DNA of 64,000 bases from Octopus sinensis (GCF_006345805.1 NC_043017.1:25606001-25670000); one strand, 5' to 3'. Counted from the first letter of the stretch, positions 1 to 13,253 are shown. Translations and numbers: made by a program. Notes: a model not told the origin generated them from the sequence alone.

Positions 1-196
1 TTCAGAATCACAATTGAAAACAGACTCAACATCCATCGATAACACATCAATAGCCATCCTTAGACATCAGAAATGCAACAAAAAATTTTAAATATATCGA
101 AGTCAAATGAAAGAGGATCATAGAAAAATGGCCCACGATATGAAATTAACGAAACTAGACTTTAAAAAGAAAATAACGAGAAAAAACTCAAAATAT

Positions 197-227
<31 letters not shown>

Positions 228-736
228 TGGATATTCTCATGATCTTCTGGCGGGGGGGGGGGGTCTCTTCCCCATATATCTACGCAGCTCCCAGGTAAAA
301 GTAATTATTGAAATTAGTGATGGCTCATTTTACTCCGATTTAGAAATGATTTTGTTTTTAAATTGAAAAATGATCAAATTTTGTGGGGGAAAATTTGACC
401 TGTAATCCAACAGAGACAAGAATATCGATTGTTAAACACCCAAAAATTATCCAGATATTTCCTTAGCAATCTCTATTACAACCACGTGCTAAGTTGAAGA
501 AAAAATTATTTGAAAAACCTGTTGCCTGTCTGTTTCAAACACTCTCAACTTTGCTGATCAGTTTTCACTCACAAAGATGATGCAACAGCACAAAACGATG
601 ACGTAGTACTTCCAAGATAATTGTTTCCGACATATAGGGAGAAAATAACGAGAAATCAGAAGTTACACATTGTCCCACTTACTAATTTTGCCCACCTGTC
701 TACCTCCATATAAATATATATATTTTATAATATAAT

Positions 737-1846
737 ATAAGGGTAAATAATTATTAAATTTTAAAATCAACAATTATTTACGGGTAGTTTCGGTACGGAA
801 ATATAACCATTATCGGTAGGAACTTTTTCAAAAAGTTCTTTATATATATATAACTTATAAATAAAGGCAAACGAAAAAATTTCTAATGCCAATTCTTTTC
901 GTTTGCCCTTATTTATTAGTTGTTTATAATTTTAACCTTTAGAGGTATTTTTTAATATGCTGACCATTGATAAAAAATTTTTTCGAAAAATGTTTCTACA
1001 TTATATATATATATATATCATCATCATCATCATTTAGCGTCCGTTTCCATGCTAGCATGGTTGGACGGTTCAACTGGGCTGTGAAGCCAGAAGGCTGCAT
1101 CAGGCCCAGTCTGATCTGGCAGTGTTTCTACGCCAACCACTGCGCGAGTGTAGTGGGTGCTTTTTACGTGCCACCGGGGAGGCTGGCAACGGACACGAAC
1201 GGATGGTGCTTTTACGTGCCACAGGCACGGAGGCTATTATATATATATATATATAATATATAATATTATATATAAATAATATAATATATATATAAAAAAT
1301 ATAATATAATATAATATGATATAAGGGTAAATATTAATTTTAAAATCAACAATTATTTACGGGTAGTTTCGGTACGGAAATATAACCATTATCGGTAGGA
1401 ACTTTTTCAAAAAGCTCTTTATATATATATAATATAATATAAGGGTAAATAAATATTAATTTTAAAATCAACAATTATTTACGGGTAGTTTCAGTACGGA
1501 AATATAACCATTATCGGTAGGAACTTTTTCAAAAAGCTCTTTATATATATATAATATAATATAAGGGTAAATAAATATTAATTTTAAAATCAACAATTAT
1601 TTACGGGTAGTTTCAGTACGGAAAATATACCATTATCGTAGGAACTTTTTCAAAAAGCTCTTTATATATATATATATAATATAAGGGTAAATAAATTAAT
1701 TTTTAAAATCAACAATTATTTACGGGTAGTTTCAGTACGGAAATATAACCATTTCGGTAGGAACTTTTTCAAAAAGCTTTATATATATATAATATAATAT
1801 AAGGTGTAAATAAATATTATTTGTAAAATCAACCAATTATTTACGA
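737..1846. repeat. ~120-bp tandem repeat: one isolated copy at ~737-842, then ~4.5 copies at 1321-1846
   Basis: The unit aagggtaaa...tttacgggtagtttc(a/g)gtacggaaatataaccattatcggtaggaactttttcaaaaag starts at ~739, 1323, 1441, 1563, 1683 and 1801. Confidence 0.9.
1018..1233 (-). mobile_element. Retroposon 3' fragment with (TGA)n tail (RTE-type tail)
   Basis: (cat)n followed by ttagcgtccgtttccatgctagcatgg, with internal repeats of ggtgcttttacgtgccac. GC-rich island in AT-rich DNA. Confidence 0.6.
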
Positions 1847-1877
1847 GTTCTCTCTCTCTCTATCTATATATATATAT

Positions 1878-2285
1878 TGTTGTTGGCATCCTTTTTGTCT
1901 CGGGAGACAATGGAGTTGCGCATAAAATAATCTAGTCCGGCTTTTACATTTCATGTCTTAATACATTTCCTGCTGTAGCTGTGTAGTCCTATCATGGACA
2001 AATACTCCCTCTGGCAGCGAAGACTTTGCCTGGCTGGTTGTAATGTCATAGTTTCTTGTCTTTCCATTTCTCCCCCCTCTCTCTCTGTCACTCCTTTGTG
2101 TTCCCTCTTTTACGGTACGTCGCCAATCTCCACGGTTGATGGCAACTGCTTCCCAATTGCTAATATTGATGTTGCAGGCCTTCATGTCCCTTTTGCAAAC
2201 ATCCTTGTAACGTAAGAACGGTCTTCCCACAGACCTAGTACCCCTAGCAAGCTCTCCGTAGAGTATGTCCTTGGGGATTCTGCAA
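1878..2285 (-). mobile_element. RTE-clade LINE, 3' end fragment
   Basis: ORF 1958-2296 reads RIPKDILYGEL...GRPFLRYKDVCKRDMK...NWEAVAINRGDWR, a typical RTE C-terminus. (CAA)n tail at ~1878. Confidence 0.85.
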
Positions 2286-2407
2286 TATATATACATAAAT
2301 AAAAAGGGTGTTGCTTACCCACATACCAAAAATTTAGAAATAGCAGTCAAAGACGACTTATTTCTATTTTCTACAAATATAACTCCACATATAAGTAACT
2401 CAAATGG

Positions 2408-2444
<37 letters not shown>

Positions 2445-2558
2445 TGACCAAAAGTCACCCGACAGTAAATCAAAATTCCATAAATAATATTCAAATCTAA
2501 TTTGTTCATTCCAATTATGAATGCTGTGAGTTGAAATCATCATTTGTCTTATATAAAA

Positions 2559-2937
2559 CTAGCAGTATCGCCCGGCGTTGCTCGGGTTTGTAAGGGAAAT
2601 AACTATAAAGCATTTTTAGAGAGTTATAGCCAAAAAATAGCAAAAAATGGGGAAAAAAATGATGGTAATTTTTTTTTGAAGTTAAAAGGTCGAGTGCGTC
2701 CCCTAGACCATCTGTGGTTTGTGTTTCTGATTGTCGACCCCATGTCGAATTTATCGATCTTTTTCAGAACTGGGGGAACTTTTCAAAATTTTCGCTGCGT
2801 TAGTTTTGAATTATGACATTGGGCTATGTGTGTGTCAAGTTTCATCAGAATCGGTTGAAAGCCGTGGTCAGAGTGAGGGTACAACCAAACAGACACACAG
2901 AAACACACAGAGACAAACTGCCGTTTATATAGAGAGA
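2559..2937 (-). mobile_element. Non-autonomous Helitron-like element
   Basis: On the minus strand it starts TC and ends CTAG, inserted between host A and T. Subterminal hairpin cccggcgttgctcggg at 2571-2586. Short microsatellite near the 5' end. Confidence 0.75.
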
Positions 2938-3003
2938 TACTTTTTTGTTTTAATCTTGGAATTAAATGAGTTTTGATTTACTGTCAGATGACTTTTGGCC
3001 AAA

Positions 3004-3030
<27 letters not shown>

Positions 3031-3034
<4 letters not shown>

Positions 3035-3411
3035 ACCTTGTTTCAGTCATTTGACTGCGGCCATGCTGGAGCACCGCCTTTTTAATCGAGCAACTCGACC
3101 CCGGGACTTATTCTTTTGTAAGCCCAGTACTTATTCTATCGGTCTCTTTTGCCGAACCGCTAAGTAACGGGGACATAAACACACCAGCATCGGTTGTCAA
3201 GCAATGCTGGGGGGACAAACACAGACACGCATATATATATACATATATACGACGGGCTTATTTCAGTTTCCGTCTACCAAATCCACTCACAAGGCTTTGG
3301 TTGGCCCGAGGCTATAGTAGAAGACACTTGCCCAAGGTTCCACGCAGTGGGACTGAACCCAGGACCATGTGGTTGGTAAACAAGCTACTTACCACACAGC
3401 CACTCCTGCGC
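3031..3411 (-). mobile_element. tRNA-derived SINE, family A
   Basis: A box (gtggctgtgtggt), B box (gggttcagtccc), internal (TA)n, and conserved tail ...gctccagcatggccgcagtcaaatgactgaaacaag. Many copies in the window. Confidence 0.9.
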
Positions 3412-3662
3412 TATATATATATTATATTAAATTAGAGACAAAACCACTATTATGCAAATCAAACAAAGAAAGACTTAAGCCAATACAATCAATCCTAAAT
3501 CTGATTTTTCCCTGTAAATTTGGATTTATTCCCTAATATTTATTATTATTATATATATATATATATTTAGAAAAAGTCTAGGTGGCATACGAGTGGGTAT
3601 ATATTTATATAAAAGAAGTTTGAAAACGCCTCTATATAAGATAAATTTTAATTTTCTTAGAG

Positions 3663-3710
3663 ATTTTACATGTTTCGGTTCTTCTTGATAAAACGAACCT
3701 TAGCAAAAAT
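3663..3710 (-). ncRNA. Hammerhead-ribozyme-like fold, variant core
   Basis: Minus strand: auuu-UUGCUAA-gguuc...gaacc-GAAA-caug-UA-aaau. Stems I, II and a palindromic III all pair. U3-A8 compensatory pair, A6C substitution. Confidence 0.5.
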
Positions 3711-3997
3711 ATTTTAAAAAGAGTAATAAAAAAGTTCATAAGTGTTTCTTACTAGTCTCAACAGAGTCTACGTGGCGGTGTTTTGTGTGTGTAAGTAGTA
3801 CAATGGCTGTCTTGTGTGCTGACAAGAATCGTTGGTTGTAACAGCAGAGGTATATATATATATCAAACAGTGGTCCCGGTGCGCGCGCACGCGCTAGCAT
3901 GTTTGTATCGCACATGCAGCATATTGGGGTCAATGGAATTGACTAATTTCCTACCCCAAAATTTCAGGCCTTGTGCCGTTAGTAGAAAGGATTGAAA

Positions 3998-4175
3998 AAG
4001 CGGCGAGCTGGCAGAATCGTTAGCGCGCCAAACGAAATGCTTAGTGGTATCCGCCCGTAGCCACGTTCTGAGATCAAATTCCGCCGAGGTCGCCCTCAGC
4101 GGAATTTGAACTCAGAACGTCAAGTCGAACGAAATACCGCGAAGCATTCCGTCCGGCGTGCCAGCTTGCCGCCTT
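3998..4175. mobile_element. Two truncated SINE B heads in inverted orientation (fold-back)
   Basis: gcggcgagctggcagaa...ttctgagatcaaattccgccgagg is followed directly by its reverse complement, ending gccagcttgccgcctt. Confidence 0.8.
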
Positions 4176-4559
4176 AAATAAAGAGTATAAAAATAGCATA
4201 TGAATATTAAGTTGAAAATCGAAATATTGAAGGCTGTCCGTGGAACTTGAACCCGCATCGCCTTTAGACATAAGAGATATTCTACCATTATCCCCACAAC
4301 ATCCTTTAACTTTTTCTGTCAAAATGGGTTTTTTTCTTTGACTTATATTCAAAGCAGACTCTCCCAAAAACCACACATATATAATAGGAAACTATGGTAA
4401 AACGGCAGACTTTTGCGCCGTTGAGTCGCAAAGAATCATGGGTAAACTACTGATTTTTGTTTGTTGTTTTTCTTTCTTTTTTCTATTTTTTTTTGGACGA
4501 CAAAATTAAAAAATTATCCAACGGATAAGTCCGGTAGTTTTCGTATGTTATACAGTACT

Positions 4560-4800
4560 GGGCTAATTATCCTGGAGGCGGTGGTCGATGAACATTTACG
4601 AGCAGAACAAAGGGGATTCAGGAACAGACGTGACGCGGTGGAAAAACCCTGGCGTTGCGAAATATCATTTAGCTGAGTCGCGAGTTCTAGAAGCGGCTTG
4701 TGATCAACATAATCGATTTCAAGAAGGTCTTCGACTGTGTGGCCAAGGAATCTCTATGGAAGATCATTATGCCGTATGGAGTATCCATTTGCCAAATGAA
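4560..4800 (+). mobile_element. Degenerate non-LTR reverse transcriptase fragment (RTE-like)
   Basis: Reads VDEHLRAEQRGFR, then after a frameshift INIIDFKKVFDCVAKESLWKIIMPYG. These match the Q-GFR and DF-KAFDSV RT motifs. Confidence 0.7.
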
Positions 4801-5142
4801 CACCATGTGATCACTTCACCGGAGGATATACTGCGTCAGAACCCAAGAGGGGGAATATGGAGAGATTCGATAATGCCACAAAAGTGCGTGCTGTAGCATA
4901 CCTGGAAGGTGGGGTGCTTTGCCCCAGGCGACGATTTTATGGGGCGACACTATAGAGTTTGCTGTATAGGCATGGGTGGAGCGAAAAGCTCAAGGGCGGC
5001 CCCGAGCGGCACACGCTCTAGCCGAATAGTCCCCAAACATTTCAATATCCGTGCCAGATCAAAAACCTAAACTTTTTTAAGGCTCTTGCCCCACCACAAA
5101 AATGTGAAAAAAACAAATTAATTAGAAAGAAAATTTATTACA

Positions 5143-5481
5143 TAGGCGCAGCTGTGTGGTAAGTAACTTGCTTACCAACCACATGGTTCCGGGTTCATTC
5201 TCACTGCGTGGCACCTTGGACAAGTGTCTTCTACTATAGCCCCGGGCCGACCAAAGCCTTATGAGTGGATTTGGTAGACGGAAACTGAAGGAAGCCCGTC
5301 GTATATATATATATGTTTGTCCCCCCATCATCGCTTGACAACCAATGCTGGTGTGTTTACGTCCCCGTAACTTAGCGGTTCGGCAAAAGAGACCGATAGA
5401 ATAAGTACTAGCCTTCCAATTTGCTCGACTAAAAGGCGGTGCTCCAGCATGGCCACAGTCAAATGACTGACACGAGTAATG
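5143..5481 (+). mobile_element. SINE family A
   Basis: Same head, body and tail as 3031-3411. Confidence 0.9.
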
Positions 5482-5877
5482 AGAGTATATTTATAGAGAG
5501 AAGTTCGTTGGGGACCGCTGGAAGGATACTTGAGGGCTGCATGTGACCTTGGGAGCCGCTGTCCTAGCTGCTTCACTGTCGAGGACGTGTCCTGTCTTGT
5601 TTTTGTTGGCAGTGGATTTTTTCACGACGAAGACCATAATGTAAGACCTGACCACAAGTCTCAGCAACTACATCTCAAAGGTTGGACTTCTGATCAACAA
5701 ATGAAATGGCTAAAATTATGACTAGAGCAGCGACAAGACCGGTTTGAAGACCAGATTTGGAGATCGTTCATGTAATGATGTTACGGAAACTGTTGCGGAG
5801 AAGAGCATCTTAATTAATCCCGTGCCTGTAGCTTGTGTGGCTGATTTCGTTGTAGCCGTTCTCTTGTATATATATCA

Positions 5878-7045
5878 TTATTCAATTTTATTTTAAGATT
5901 TCATGCCAATAGACAAAGAGCCGGTTTCTAACCTAGATCCAAGGCTCCATCATTAGAATTTCAACACCAACAGTGTATTTTTGTATTATATATACAGATT
6001 TGTATGTTTTGTTTTATGTCTGCATTCTCGTGCATATATAGACATGCTCATATATATATAAATGATAAACTTCTGGAAAGTTTTACTGATTTTTACAGTT
6101 CCAGGAATGGCTTGGAATCAACTTTCTGGTTTTGAGAAGCCTAATTTCTCAAGACTGGTATCTAGACGGTGTATTACATATCCCAGAGCCCTAATAATTA
6201 CAGGTGTAAACCTGATCTTGTAATCTCGATAGAATAACTGCATATTTCTCAATAGTTTAGTATATGTGTTCTCTTTTTCACTGATCTTCAGCTTTATGTT
6301 AACATCCGCTGGGGAGCTAATTTCCACAACAGTGCACAGTATCTCTTCTCTATCCCATATCACTATGTATGTATTTATTCAGTTTTATTTCAAGATTTCA
6401 TGCCAATATAGAAAGAGTCGGTTTCTAACCTAGATCCAAGGCTCATGTTTTATTTCTCTATTCTCATGCATATAGTTGCATATGTAGACATGCTCATATA
6501 TACATAACTGATAAATTTCTGGAAAGTGTTACTGATTTTTACAGTTTCAGAAATGGCCTGGATCTGTAGTCTTGGAATCAGCTTTCTCCTTTCTGGTTTT
6601 GAGAAACCTAACTTCTCAAGATTGGTATTTAGGTAGTGTTTTACTTCACTTCCTTTGTTCCGACTTTCTATCTGCCATCCTCTCACCTTTAGTCCCACAG
6701 GACATTTTCACTTTCCCTTGCGTTATTCCATATTTGTCTTTCCGGCAGCCGCACGGGTTTTTTGGTTGTATCTGTATAATTATTATATTTTGTGGTGTCT
6801 GTTTTCGTCAGTGTCCTGTACGTTCGCGAGCAATTCCCAGTAGCTTCTGTCTACAGGCGCCAATAATACCCTAATAATTACAGGTATAAACCTGAACTTG
6901 TAATCTGGATAGAGTAGCTATAGATTCCTCAATAGTTCAGCGTAGGTATTTTCTTTTTCCCTAATCTTAAGCTTTATATTAACATCCGTTGGGCAGCTGA
7001 TTTCCACAACTGTACACAGTTTTTCTACTCTATCCTAGATTACAA
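5878..7045 (-). mobile_element. Three rearranged 3' fragments of an RLE-type (R4/Dong-like) non-LTR retrotransposon (~5878-6365, 6375-6645, 6868-7045)
   Basis: IWDREEILCTVVEISSPADVNIKLKISEKENTY...FTPVIIRALG is a PD-(D/E)xK endonuclease region. The 3' UTR (ggtttctaacctagatccaaggctc) occurs twice. Confidence 0.75.
6704..6862. repeat. Interspersed repeat with an inverted copy at ~10990-11147
   Basis: ttttcactttcccttgcgttattcc...ctgtctacaggcgcca matches the reverse complement of 10990-11147. Confidence 0.8.
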
Positions 7046-7269
7046 TGTCAGGTACATTATACGTTTATATATGAATGTATGTATGTCAGGTCATTGTTAA
7101 TGCTGCTGCTAACACGTATGCATCATATTTTATATACCTGTGTGTGTTTATGTGTATGCGAGCAAATACATATGCGCGTGCATTTGTGTATTCATATATG
7201 TATATACTATGTCCATGCATAATGTGTATAGCTGTATATTCGAGAAGTGTGGCATCGCTGAGAGTGCTT

Positions 7270-7363
7270 GTGTGTGTGTATATATATATATATATATGTA
7301 TATGTATGTGTATGTATATATATATAATATATATATATATGCATATATATATGTATATATATG

Positions 7364-7395
<32 letters not shown>

Positions 7396-7509
7396 TGTAT
7401 ATATAATGTATATATATATATATATGTATATATGTATATATAATATGTATATATGTATATATGTATTATATATGTATATATATATATGTATATATAATGT
7501 ATATATATA

Positions 7510-7607
<98 letters not shown>

Positions 7608-7610
7608 GTG
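7270..7610. repeat. (TA)n/(TATG)n microsatellite
   Basis: Seen directly. Confidence 0.95.
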
Positions 7611-8071
7611 TGTGTATTCGCGTGCTCGTTGAGGATGTGCATATGCGTACGTGCGTATGTGGAGAGAGAGTTCGTGATGCGGCAATAAGTTGCCGAGGAA
7701 TCCATTCCACGACCTTTTCTAGTCGAGAAAAAAAAAAAGAAAACCACAAAACAGAAAGAGCAATGAGATGGACGAACAATGCTAGTGTAGTTAATTTCCT
7801 GTTTAACGAGATAGCCATTTACTATGTCTATAGAAATCGTTATGTAGATTTGTTGGAACGACGTTGGCAGGTCGAGGGAAATGTGTCGTAGGGATTCCTT
7901 TTACAAGACGAAAACATAGACCTTGTTTGCTTTTTCCATCTCACTCACGTATATTCATACACACACACACACGTGTGTGTGTGTATATTAGTGGCGTTCA
8001 TGAATTTGGCTAACTTTAAGTGGTATGGGAGAAGTCGTGTGTGTGTATGTGTGTATGTATATATATATATA

Positions 8072-8471
8072 TAGACGCAGGAGTGGCTGTGTGGTAAGTA
8101 GCTTGCTAAACAACCACATGGTTCCGGGTTCAGTCCCACTGCGTGGCATCTTGGGCAAGTGTCTTCTGCTATAGCCCCGGGCCGACCAATGCCTTGTGAG
8201 TGGATTTGGTTGACGGAAACTGAAAGAAGCCTGTCGTATATATGTATATGTATATATGTATGTGTGTGTGTTTGTGTGTCTGTGTTTGTCCCCCTAGCAT
8301 TGCTTGACAACCGATGCTGGTGTGTTTACGTCCCCGTCACTTAGCGGTTCGGCAAAAAGAGACTGATAGAATAAGTTCTAGGCTTACAAAGAATAAGTCC
8401 CGGGGTCGATTTGCTCGACTAAAGGCGGTGCTCCAGCATGGCTGCAGTCAAATGACTGAAACAAGTAAAAG
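8072..8471 (+). mobile_element. SINE family A, full length
   Basis: A and B boxes, internal microsatellite, conserved tail. Confidence 0.9.
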
Positions 8472-9347
8472 AGAGAGACAAACATATACATACACAAACA
8501 TACATACAAATATATGTATATATATACATACACAAACATACATACAAATATTTATATATACACACACATATATACATACATACACACCCATACGCATATA
8601 CGTACATCACGCACACTCGCTCTCTCTCTCACTTTGAGATACACACACACTTATATACAATACGCACACGGATTTTATATATATATATAATCTGTATATA
8701 TATATAAATACACACACACACATATATATAAATACACACATATATATGTATATACAGAGAGAGAGGTGGGAATAAGCAGAGAGACGACATACTCCTAGAT
8801 AGCTCGCCAGATAGAACTGAATGAGTAGAGGCGTTGAGGTAGACAGACAGGTTTCATAAAAAAAAAATGGCTGATGTTTTACGAAGAAGAAGGAAGATTA
8901 GAGATTTGGTGACTTACAGGAAGATTAGAGATTCGGTTACACCCAGGGAGATTTATGTCTTAGAAAAAAAAAAGGAACAAAGAGAAGAATAAATGGTTGT
9001 ATGTAGCACTTATATTCACATGTAGGTATCTTTGAGAGATCCTTTTAACCATGTGAACTATTTCAAATTCTCACATCTTTCTCAAGTGTTGCATACTAAT
9101 GGTGGAAGCATGGTTATATGATTCCCAAAGTTCCGTCCCAGGACATAGCACTTTGGATAAGTGTCTTTTACCATAACCCTAGACCAATCGACGCCATGTG
9201 AATAGATATTTTTTTTTGACGGAAACTGAAAGAAGCCCATCATATGCATACGTATATAAGTTATTAGCGACAGAATCAGTATAAGGCACACACGTGTGTG
9301 TGTGAGTGTGCGCGCGCATATATTTATATAATGAATAATAAATATTA

Positions 9348-9378
<31 letters not shown>

Positions 9379-9434
9379 CATACACGCATATATGGGTACA
9401 GGACGACACCAATGATGCAAATAACATGAAATAC

Positions 9435-9513
9435 ATATGGCGTAGTGATTAAGAGCGCGGTCTACTAACCCCCAAGATTCCGAGTTCGATTCAAAGCAGG
9501 GGCTTGAATAATA

Positions 9514-9559
<46 letters not shown>

Positions 9560-9739
9560 TAATAATAATAATAATAATTATTATTATTATAACAACAACG
9601 TCGAAAAATAACTGAGGAATGAGAACCCAGGTTCGAAATTTTCCCAAGACACCTGATGATGGCGAGAAGGTATATCAGCCGAAATGTTGTGTTAACAACA
9701 AACAAGATGAGGATTGATATCCGTCAAATGTAAATAACG
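9435..9739 (+). mobile_element. tRNA-headed SINE-like element carrying a hammerhead motif
   Basis: A box tggcgtagtgatt, B box gagttcgattc, (TAA)n, then a hammerhead at 9648-9693. Flanked by the 12-bp direct repeat aacatgaaatac (9423-9434 and 9740-9751). Confidence 0.7.
9648..9693 (+). ncRNA. Type I minimal hammerhead ribozyme motif, slightly decayed
   Basis: gacac-CUGAUGA-u-ggc...gcc-GAAA-ug-UU-guguu. Canonical core and 5-bp stem I. Stem III augu could be CpG decay of palindromic acgu. Confidence 0.65.
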
Positions 9740-10313
9740 AACATGAAATACGTAAATAAACACGGGAAAACGAGTGAAATACGTAACGAGAAAAAATGTC
9801 AAGTTAACGCAGAGAAAGGACCCTTCATCAGTTGTCGGCTGTATACTCTTAATTTCAAGCATTCAACGACAATATGAGTCCTCAAAGACAGTTGCTCCCA
9901 AGAGCAACCCGGAGGGAGGAGGCCGGTTGCTCTTGTGACAGTAGCCCCACTCAGCTTTCACTTGAAAACATTATATCATTAGAACAGCTTATGCGTTGAT
10001 ATCTATCACATTGTTTTTCCCTACTAGTTTTGTTTAAATTATAACACATCTATATTTTACCTTTCGAAAATCTTATTCAATTTACGTGTTTGTATGCGTG
10101 TATAGCCTATTATTTCCTAACTATTTGCAAGATTGTGTCTGGTCTAATTCCCTTAACTATGTTTCATTATTTAACGTTATAGTATTATTGTTTCTAATTA
10201 ATTTTTATTTCTTCAAGTTTACCTTTGTGTATTTCTTTAAACTGAATTTCACATTATATTCATGGAATATGTTCAACATGTGTGTTTGTGTGTCTATACG
10301 TCGATACATACAA

Positions 10314-10408
<95 letters not shown>

Positions 10409-10519
10409 TTATTTGTCTATCTATCTGTCTGTCTGTCTATCTATCTAAAAAGAGAGGAGAAAAACATCTTTAATTGATGATTATACCGCACATTACCGAC
10501 GACAGGTTCTATTATACCA

Positions 10520-10598
<79 letters not shown>

Positions 10599-10610
10599 TA
10601 GATAGATAGT

Positions 10611-10668
<58 letters not shown>

Positions 10669-10699
10669 TAGATAGACAGATGGACAGCTAGATAGATAG

Positions 10700-10842
10700 A
10701 TAGGGAGTGTTTACGAAAAAACAAAAGACGAAGACAGATGGTGTACAAAGCAAACAGATGTATTAGTATAACGCTCAGGAATAGAAAAAGTCTTTTACGT
10801 TTCGAGCCTATGCTCTTCTACAGAAAGGGACACAGAAAAAAC
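10700..10842 (-). mobile_element. Penelope-like terminal-repeat family with hammerhead-like fold (10792-10827)
   Basis: cuuu-CUGUAGA-a-gagc-auag-gcuc-GAAA-cg-UA-aaag. Homologous copies at 11219, 13834, 23873 and 61225. Confidence 0.6.
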
Positions 10843-11147
10843 ACAAAGATTTCACAAAAGCACAGCAAACGGAAAATTTAACAAAAGCATAACAAATGGA
10901 AAATTCGTAGCTAATTCCTCATCAGTCAACGTCCAAAAAAGATCCTTACAATTTCGCGCCCTTTATCATTGATAATGTTCACTTTTGGTGGCGCCAGTAG
11001 ACAGATGTCACTGGGAATTGCTAACGAACGTACAGGACATTGACGAAAACAGACACTACAAAATATAATAATTATACAGATACAACCAAAAAACCCGTGC
11101 GGCTGCCGGACATACAAATAGGGAATAACGCAAGGGAAAGTGAAAAT

Positions 11148-11340
11148 AATTGGAGTGGTTGATGAAAAAAATGTGTACGGATATGTGTGTGTGTGTATAT
11201 ATATATCTTTCTGTGTTCCTTTCTGCGGAGGAGCGTAGGCTCGAAACGTTAAAGACTTTTTCATTTCCCGAGCGTTATACTAATACATCTGTTGTCTACA
11301 CCACCTGTCTTCGTCTTGAGTTTTGTTTTGTGTATATATA
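11148..11340 (+). mobile_element. Penelope-like terminal-repeat family with hammerhead-like fold (11219-11254); direct repeat of 13758-13950
   Basis: cuuu-CUGCGGA-g-gagc-guag-gcuc-GAAA-cg-UU-aaag. Near-identical to 13758-13950, including the upstream flank. Confidence 0.6.
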
Positions 11341-11471
11341 TATATATATATACATTATAAACGTATTTATACATACAGCCAAACACACACACACACACAG
11401 TGCAAAGAGTAATACCGCAATGATTGATTTGGGGTTCTTTTCGAAAGTCCACTGTTCTGGTAATTCCGTAC

Positions 11472-11528
<57 letters not shown>

Positions 11529-11552
11529 CTATCTATCTATCTATTTGTCAAA

Positions 11553-11636
<84 letters not shown>

Positions 11637-11693
11637 ATCTATCTATCTATCTATCTATTTGTCTATCTATCTATCTATCTATCTATCTATTTG

Positions 11694-11762
<69 letters not shown>

Positions 11763-12299
11763 TTATCTATCTATCTGTCTGTCTATCTGTCTATCTATTT
11801 GTCTATCTATTTGCCTATATATCTATCTATCTATCTGTCTATCTGTCTATCTATTTGTCTATCTATTTGCCTATATATCTGTCTATCTATCTATATGTTT
11901 ATCTCTCTAACAAGAGAGGAGAAAAACACATCTTTGATTATACCGCACATTACCGACCATAGGTTCTATTATGCCAGCATATTCTATATATATTATAGAA
12001 CCTTTCCACGCTACAAGATATTTCTAATAGTTTAAGTAACTCCCAAACAACGCAGCGAAGTGACTAACAAAGCGAACTGGCTCGAGGCAAAAGTGAATCG
12101 GTGCTCCAAACAACAACACAATCATCTATTTATTCGGGCTTGTCATTATCAGATGACCAACACGGCATCGCTCAAGTCTTCCTAACAAAACTTGAATTCT
12201 CGAAAGGGGTTTATTCTTATTTGCTTTTTTTACACACATATATATATATACGTATAATTGCGTTTTTACTCTCTCTTTCTCTCTCTCACTGATGTACAC

Positions 12300-13194
12300 A
12301 CATTCAAATACATATCATAGACACACTCGTATATGTATATGTGTGTGTATACATACATACACACACACGCACACATATAGATATATATACACACATATAA
12401 ACACATGTGCATATATATATATGTATACACACACAACACATATATGCACACACACATATATATATATACACACACATATATATATATATACACACATACA
12501 TACACATATATATACGCACATACATAAACATATATATACATGCACATAAATATATATACACACACATATATATGCACACATACCTACACACATATATATA
12601 CATATATATAAATATATATACAGACATATACATACATATACATATATACACATACATATATATACATACATATATACATACATATATATATGCACACATA
12701 CATACATACACACGTATATATACATATATATAAATATATATACAGACATATACATACATATACATATATACACATACATATATATATATATATATATACA
12801 TATATACATACATACATATATACATACATATACACATACATATACATATATACATACATATACATATATACATACGTATACGTGCATACATATATATACG
12901 TATACGTGCATACATATATATATACATATACGTACATATATATATATATATACATATACGTACATACATATATATATATATATTCAAAAATACATCATCT
13001 TCATACCTCACGCACGTGCCTGTGTGTATGTATGTATATACATACATACATACATATATATATATACACATATACACACCCACCCACCCACATATATATA
13101 TACACTAGCACGAATATATATATCGATTTATAAAAGTACATATGTACCCGCATATATATATATATATATATGTATTGAATATGTATCTATATAC

Positions 13195-13253
<59 letters not shown>

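Larger units (their letters stand above)
10313..11990. repeat. (TCTA)n/(GATA)n microsatellites with a local duplication (~10313-10525 vs ~11530-11982)
   Basis: Both (TCTA)n tracts are followed by agagaggagaaaaaca...ttataccgcacattaccgac...ggttctattat.ccagcat. Confidence 0.85.

Noticed and set aside
9805-9885. CUGAUGA on the minus strand as another hammerhead (similar partial cores at ~29975, 45253, 50941 and 53168)
   Set aside because: No correctly placed GAAA together with paired stems.
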